Below are positions 58,201 to 64,000 of a stretch of DNA of 64,000 nt, in pieces. Under the pieces are notes generated by a model, which was not told the DNA's origin, ran no database searches, and saw only the letters and a list, made by a program, of their open reading frames with translations. The stretch is from Emiliania huxleyi CCMP1516. Its lineage: Eukaryota. Position 1 is the first letter of the stretch, and each line of letters starts with the position of its first letter. The position numbers were made by a program, and so were the translations under genes. The stretch is from NCBI RefSeq assembly GCF_000372725.1, contig NW_005201092.1, forward strand, positions 408,564-472,563. Reading direction: 5' to 3'.

Positions 58201-61200
58201 CCTCGAGCAGCATCTGCCCGCTGACAGCCTTCTCCGCCGCCAGCCGCGCCTCGGCCGCGTCCGCCGCCTCAGACATGCGGAGGGCGAGCGCCGCCTCGGC
58301 CGCCGCCTGCGCGACCGCCGCCTCGGCCGCCGCCCTCGCCTCGGCCGCCTCGCCCGCCGCCGCACCCGCCTCCTCGCCCCTCGCCACCGCCTTGCGCCGA
58401 GACGCCTCGGCCGCCGCCTCTGCGCAAGCCGCAGCGCGCTCTGCGTCTGCCCGCGCCCGCTCCGCCGCCGCCGCCGCCTCGTCCGACTCGTGCAACGCCC
58501 CCAGCACCGCAGTCTCCTCCGCCGCGCTCCGCGCCAGCGCCTCGGCCGCCGCGCACGCCGCCGCCGCCGCCGCCGCCTCGCCCTCCCCCCGCAGCGCCTC
58601 ACTCCGCTCGAGCCGCCGCTTCAGCTCGCCTGACGGGCAGAGTCCGGGAAAAATCCGAGAAGGGTCCACGAACGCGTTCCCCGGCGAGAGCGCCGCTTGC
58701 GGCTCACCCACGCGCGCCGCCGCCTCGGCCGTCGCAGCGTGCGACGCGACGCGCTCGCTCGCCAGCGCCGCCCGCGCCTCCTCCTCCGCCTCCTCAGCGG
58801 CGGCGGCCCTCTGCGTCTCGATGAGCAGCCGCCTCTCCGCCGCCGCCTGGGCAACCTCCCGCTCCGCCGCAGCAGCGACGACCGCCTCGGCCGCCTCGGC
58901 CGCCGCCTCGCGCCGCGCGCGCTCGGCCGCCCCCCGCGACGCCGCCGCCGCCGCCGCCGCCGCAGCCACGCGCCGCGCTGCGTCTGCTGCGCTCGCCTCC
59001 GCCCGCGCCCGCGCCCCCGCCTCTGCACGCCTGCGGTTGCGAGCAGGGGGAGGTGGGGGCTGGGAGGGCGGCGTCGTGCGGTGTCTTCCGAGCACCGCCT
59101 GAGTCTGCGAATGCTGCAAACACCGCGCCTCGGCCGTGGATGCGGCGGCCCATCCCCGCCGTGCGTGTCGTCTCTAGTACACGTCTGGGGGTGCAAAGGT
59201 CGGTAGCATCCTGGAGCGCGCGCCTCGACTGGCGAAGCTGCCGGCGGAGCAAGGCGGTGACGATGGTGCGAGCGGCTCCGCGCTCCCGCTGCGCCGCCGC
59301 GAGTCGCGCCGCCGCCTCAAGCGCGCGCCTGTGCCTCCACGACTGCTCCGCCGCCGCCTCCTCCAGCTCGCCCAGCCGCCGGTGCGCCTACGCGGTGGCC
59401 ATACTTCGTGGGTGACTAGTGGTCCTCGATCCGCCTCGAGCTCCAGCAGCCGGTGCGCCGTCTCGAGGGCTGCGGCCGCCGCCTCTGCCTGCGGCCGCGG
59501 GAGGGGGGGAGTGGGGGGGGGGAAGGGTTAGTCGGGGCCACACCTCGGCCCCACCTCGGCCCCACCTCGGCCGCATCTCGGCCAAACCTCGGCCAAACCT
59601 CGGCCACACCTCGGCCACACCTCGGCCACATCTCGGCCACACCTCGGCCGCATCTCGGCGAGGGGCGCACCTCGGCTCTCTCCTCCGCGAGTCTCGCCCG
59701 CCCCTCCTCCGCCTCAGACGCTGCGCCGTCCGCGGCGTCGGCGGCGTCGGCGGCGGCGTCGGCAGCGGCTGCCTCGGCCTCTCTCAGCGCGGCGCCGAGG
59801 GCGGCTGCCGCCGCCTCGGCTCCCGCATGCGCGAGGGCGAGCGCGTCCCGCTGGGCCTCCGCCTCGTGCAGCCTCTGCGCCGTGTCCGCCAGGCAGGTGC
59901 CGGCCGACTCGAGCGCCACCTCCGCCTCCCGCCGCGCCGCCTCTGCCGCCTCAACCTCCCCCCTCGCCCGCACCGCCGCCTCCCTCCCAAACGCCTCCGC
60001 CGCCGCCTCCGCCGCAGCCGACCGCCGCGCACCCTCCTGCGCCTCCTCCCGCGCCTCCCGCGCCTCCCGCCGCGCCGCCTCCTCCGCCGCCCAAAACTCG
60101 TCCCCCAGCAGAGCCGCCTCGGCAGCCAGCCTCCGCCCCTCTTCCTCTGCAGCGGCAACCGCCGCCTCCGCGCGGCGCGCAGCCGCGTCGGCAGTCGCCG
60201 CGGCGCGCCCGGCCTGCACGCCGATGGCGAGGAGTGCGGTGAGCAGTGGAGGCGGTATGTCAGAGCCGGAGAGCGAACGAAGAGGCAACGGGCAGGGGAG
60301 GGGCAGCGGCCGAGAGGCAGAGGGCGAGGAGGCGAGAAGAGGCAAGCGAGAGGGGAGGGAGGTGATTCGGGAGAGGGGAGCGAGGGCGTAGAGGGCAGGG
60401 ATGGCCTCCGCCTGCTCGGCCCGCCTCTCCATCGCCGCGGCGCGCGCATTCGCCTCCCCCTCGGCCGCCTCGGCGACGGCCGCCGCAGACTCTGCGGCAG
60501 CCGTCGCCGCGACGGCGGCCGCGCGCGCGTCGGACGACGCCGCCGCCTCGCTCGCCGCAACCTCCGCCGCCGCCGCCGCGTCCTCGCCGCGCCGCGCCGC
60601 CGCCGCGAGCCGGCCCTCGGCAGCCTCCGCACGGGACGTCGCGTCGGCGGCTGCGGCTTCGGCGCGCCCCATCCGCAAACTCAACGCCTCGACCGCCTCC
60701 TGGTGTTGCAGCGCCGCCGCAGCAGCCTCCTCGCCCGCCTCCGCGGCGGACTCGGCGGCCGCCCGACGCGTCGCCGCCGCCGCCCGCGCCTCCCCCTCCG
60801 CCCTGCGCCGCTCGCGCTGCGCCGCGTCGCCCGCGGCCGCAGCACACGCCTCGGCATCGCACAGCGCGGCTCGCAGCGCGTTCAACTCGACACCGCGCAC
60901 CGCAGCGCCTGCCGCCTCGCTCTCCCTCCGCTCCCGACGGGCGCGTGCGGCAGCCGCCGCGGCGAGCGCCTCCGCCTCCGCCTCCGCCTCCGCCACCGCA
61001 CCCGCGAGGGTCGCCACCGCCACGCCCCGCTCCGCCCTCTCCGCCTGCACCGCCGCCGCCGCCGCCTCCGCCATCGCCGCTGCCCGGTGGGCACGCTGCG
61101 CTGCCGCCGCCGCCTCGCCCCTCGCGTCAGCGGCGGCTCGGATCGCCGCGTCGCGCTCCACGCCGAGCGCGGCCGCCGACGCCTCCGCCTCCAGCCGCCT

Positions 61201-62278
61201 CTGCCGCTCCGACTCTGCCGCCAGGCAGCCCGCCGTGTGCGCAGCCTCGGCAGCGCGAGCCGCCGCCGCCGCGTCGCCGTCCGCGTCGCGGATGCTTCGG
61301 CTCGCGGCCGTCACCTCGGCCGCCGCCTATGGGGAGGCTCCAAGCGGGGTCCCGAGAGGCCTCCGAGAAGGCTCGCGACCCCTCGGCCGCCGCCTCCGCC
61401 GCAGCTTCGAGGGCGTCTGCCCTGGCCGTTGCGGCCGCCGCCTCTGCCTCTGCCGCCCTCGCCGCTGCCGCAGCCGTCCGTGCAGCCTCCGCCTCCGTCT
61501 CGGCGCGAGCCGCGGCGAGGGCGGCGGCCGCCTGCCTCTGCGCCTGCGCGAGGGCCGCGGCGTGCGCCTCGGCGGCGGACGACGCCGAGCGGACGGAGCG
61601 GCGCTGCTCGTCAAGGGCGGCGAGCAGCTTGCGCCTCTCGCCCTCGAGCTCCCGCCGCAGCGCCTCCGCCGTGGCGGTGGGCGAGGCGCCGCAGCCGCCG
61701 CCGAGCAGCGGCGAAGGCAGCGCTGGGGCGGCAGTCCGACTTGGACCCGTCGGAGTCGCCACACAGCACGCCGCCGCCATCGCCTCGGCGGGCCCAGCTG
61801 CACGTGCGCAGCTCGCGACGCGGCTCGCGCGGCCCGCGATGCCGGGCGATGCGGCTGCCGAGGCGGCGGCGGCGGCGGCGGCCTGCGCGCTGGCGGTGCG
61901 AGCGGCTTTTGCCTGCGCCATCCGCTCGTCCCACGCGGCGTCGGCGTCGCGGACGGCGGAGAGGAGCGTGTCGCGCCGCGACTCTCGACGCGCGAGGCCG
62001 CTCACATCCCGCCAGCGCGCCAGCAGGCGGGCGAGGCGGCGCCGCGAGCGCTGCGCCTGCGCCCGCGACGAGAGCCGCCGCCAGACGAGCTGCCGCCGGG
62101 CGTCCTCGACGGTGCGCCGGAGCCAGCCGTCCCACGCGAGGCGGAGCTGCTGACGGCGGGCGGCGGCGGCGTCGAGCGGCGTGATCTGGGCAGCGTCGAG
62201 GCGGCGGAGGGCGGCCGGCAATCGCGGAGCCGGGGAGTAGCCGCTCGGAGAGAAGATCGAGGAGAGTAGATCAGCCAT
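51906..62278 (-). CDS. Very large Ala/Glu/Arg-rich coiled-coil protein with Sfi1-like (centrin-binding) Trp repeats; may be more than one gene
   Basis: ATG at 62278 gives MADLLSSIFSPSG. There are many coiled-coil exons. Recurrent motifs such as AFRLWRM, AFGRWAL, AVRAWRR, ALRLWAA and SLAEWRL lie in 56100-58200. An (LRRTEAE)n heptad is at ~54890-54990, and the last exon ends TPFVRV*. Confidence 0.6.
55670..55769. other. Assembly gap (100 N)
   Basis: Run of N. Confidence 1.
57672..57968 (-). repeat. Coding 99-bp tandem repeat x3 (33 aa)
   Basis: Units start at 57672, 57771 and 57870, encoding RRAAAAIATWRRSGRRSERLISLSSAAAMAAAT. Confidence 0.92.
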
Positions 62279-62909
62279 GTGCAGCGAGGAAGGCTGGAAA
62301 CGGCGCCTGTCGTGGCGCGAAAGCACGCCGTTTGGCGGTTGAATTGAAGAAAGATTCGGCTTTAACTAAAACCCATCATCACCACGCACCTCCCCAGAAA
62401 TCCCGAGGAGCCGTGCAGTGCCTAGATAAGTCTGTGTGCTGTGTGGTGTACGCCCTCCGAGCGGGGCGGGGTCTGCCCGTCGGGTTGCTGCCCTAATCCC
62501 ACCAGGGGTTGTATGCTCTATTTATTTATTTACACATCATCACCACCACCACCACCACCCACCGCGAACACCACCACCACCACCACCGATTATTGACCAC
62601 CACCGCCAGACCACTTGAACGCCGTGCGTGGGGCTCCTGGCTCCTGCCCGTGTCCGGGTGTGGAGATGCGAGGGTTGGGGGGTTGCCCCTCTTGCTACCT
62701 ACACGATTTTTTTTTACGGCAGGGGCGGTCATGGCCGTCAACGACGCACCGCCGCCGCCGCCGGGCGTCATCCGCTACCGTCAGCTGTGGGTGCCACAGC
62801 AGCAGCGGCACCTGCCACCCATTGGGCGGGCAGACAGAAGGCCAGGGCAGCACTGGCAAGTGCAACGCGCCTAATGTCGGAGAGCGACCCGTGCCTCGTT
62901 CGCCGCTTA

Positions 62910-63087
62910 CGATGTAGAGTTTGTTGTAGAGATTTCACGTTGTAGAGCGCCTCTACATCGCCCTACAACGCAGGCGCTTCGTCCCGCGGCGGATGTAGAG
63001 CTCTACAGCTCTACAGCGCTCCAGAGCGCTCTACATCTCTACAGCTCTACAGCGCTCTACACTCTACATCCTCTACACCCTCCCTCA
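62910..63087. mobile_element. Probable DNA-transposon terminus with TGTAGAG/CTCTACA subterminal repeats
   Basis: More than ten copies of the heptamer in both orientations, ending CTCTACACCCTCCCTC. No partner end was seen. Confidence 0.5.
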
Positions 63088-63320
63088 GGGAACACCTCCC
63101 AGAATGCGTCCCGGTATACTCCTTGAGGAAAAGAATTTCCGGCTAGCAGTAACACAAAAAACAATTAATAAAAATCTCTCTCTCTTTGTTTTGAGTGCGA
63201 CATCCACGCCACGTACCAGCAGAAGATCATCAGCTCGCGGCCTGCGTACGAGGTGTCAGCCCAGATAATCCAGCCTTCAGCCGAGACGTAGCCAATGACC
63301 CCCTCACCCCCCCGTAGCCA

Positions 63321-64000
63321 ATGCGCCCCCCCCCCCCCCCCGCGGTGTCGGCGGCGGAGTGGGAGGAGTGGGAGCTCGGCGGCGGCGGGGACTGGGCGAC
63401 CTTTCGCGACGTTGGAACCCATATGCGGCGCTTCGTCTACTCCGTCATGACGCTCGACGAGTACACCCGTCACCCCGTCAATGGCTTCGCCGGGGCCTCG
63501 CGCACCCACTTCTCCGAGCTGCTCGCCGGCCCGCTGACCGATCTCACCGCCGCCGTCGCGAAGCTGCTGCGCAACTGTGGAGCACCGGCCAGGGGTCGGG
63601 GCGGGAGGCCACGTCCCGTTTGAACTGCGGGTGGCCTGTCTTCCGAGAGGCGCCGCCGGGACGGCCGTCGCGGCGAGGCAACACGGAGGAGGCGCCGACG
63701 TGGGCCGAGGAGCAGGCGAGCGCTGCGGCCGGGGTCGAGCGCGCCTCGGTGGCGCTCGCGCAACAGCTGGCGCAGTTTTGCCGCGCCGCGATGGCGGGGT
63801 CTGCCCACCGAGGAGACTCTGTGGCTGGCGACCTACATCGCCTTTGTTCGCCAGGCCACGGATGCGGCGGGCCGGCTCCTCCAGCTCCACCGCAGCACCG
63901 AGAGAGCGGTGCGCAGGATTGGAGGCGGCAGTGCAGCGCAAGGGGTGGAGAGCGTGCACGGGGGAGACGTGTGCGTGGTGCAAGTGCGGTCAGACGACGA
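63321..64000 (+). pseudogene. Frameshifted coding-like relic of unknown family, runs off right edge
   Basis: Coding-like pieces in different frames: WEEWELGGGGDWATFRDVGTHMRRFVYSV, TLWLATYIAFVRQA and a CTGETCAWCKC Cys cluster. Confidence 0.3.

Noticed and set aside
59419..62184. Long plus-strand ORFs (921, 622, 570, 508 aa) over the right-hand region
   Set aside because: They are antisense shadows of Ala/Glu-rich coding sequence in very high-GC DNA and have no motifs.
1..62278. SAS-6 and the Sfi1-like gene as a centriole gene cluster
   Set aside because: They are about 48 kb apart with unrelated genes between them, so chance co-location is sufficient.

Overview
This is a very GC-rich eukaryotic window. 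It has spliced genes with many GC-AG donors and 10-11 bp intronic tandem repeats built on a CTCGG/CCGAG core, which matches what is known of the haptophyte Emiliania (Gephyrocapsa) huxleyi; the organism is an inference. From the left it holds SAS-6 (running off the left edge), a disrupted F-box/RCC1 gene, and an intronless Zn2Cys6 factor with a Rad23-like XPC-binding domain. Next comes a large tandem duplication: copy A ~9046-28710 and copy B ~28830-44810. It carries a BAR-like gene, DGAT2, a large beta-helix/multi-TM/TIR receptor, a hypothetical gene and part of a GT25 glycosyltransferase; an aldo-keto reductase is present in copy A only. To the right are an AP2 relic, an intronless DUF4116-XH-Tudor-pseudoSNF2 protein, a ~10 kb Sfi1-like coiled-coil gene and transposon remnants. 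The most notable signals are: (1) the duplicated TIR receptor, whose ectodomain has diverged while the TIR domain is conserved; (2) an 89-bp GA-AG intron present in only one receptor copy, part of a window-wide pattern of introns bounded by duplicated splice junctions; (3) an XH domain of the plant RdDM type fused to chromatin-reader domains; (4) an inverted-repeat element whose empty site is also in the window. All exon structures and domain calls were made by eye and are approximate.
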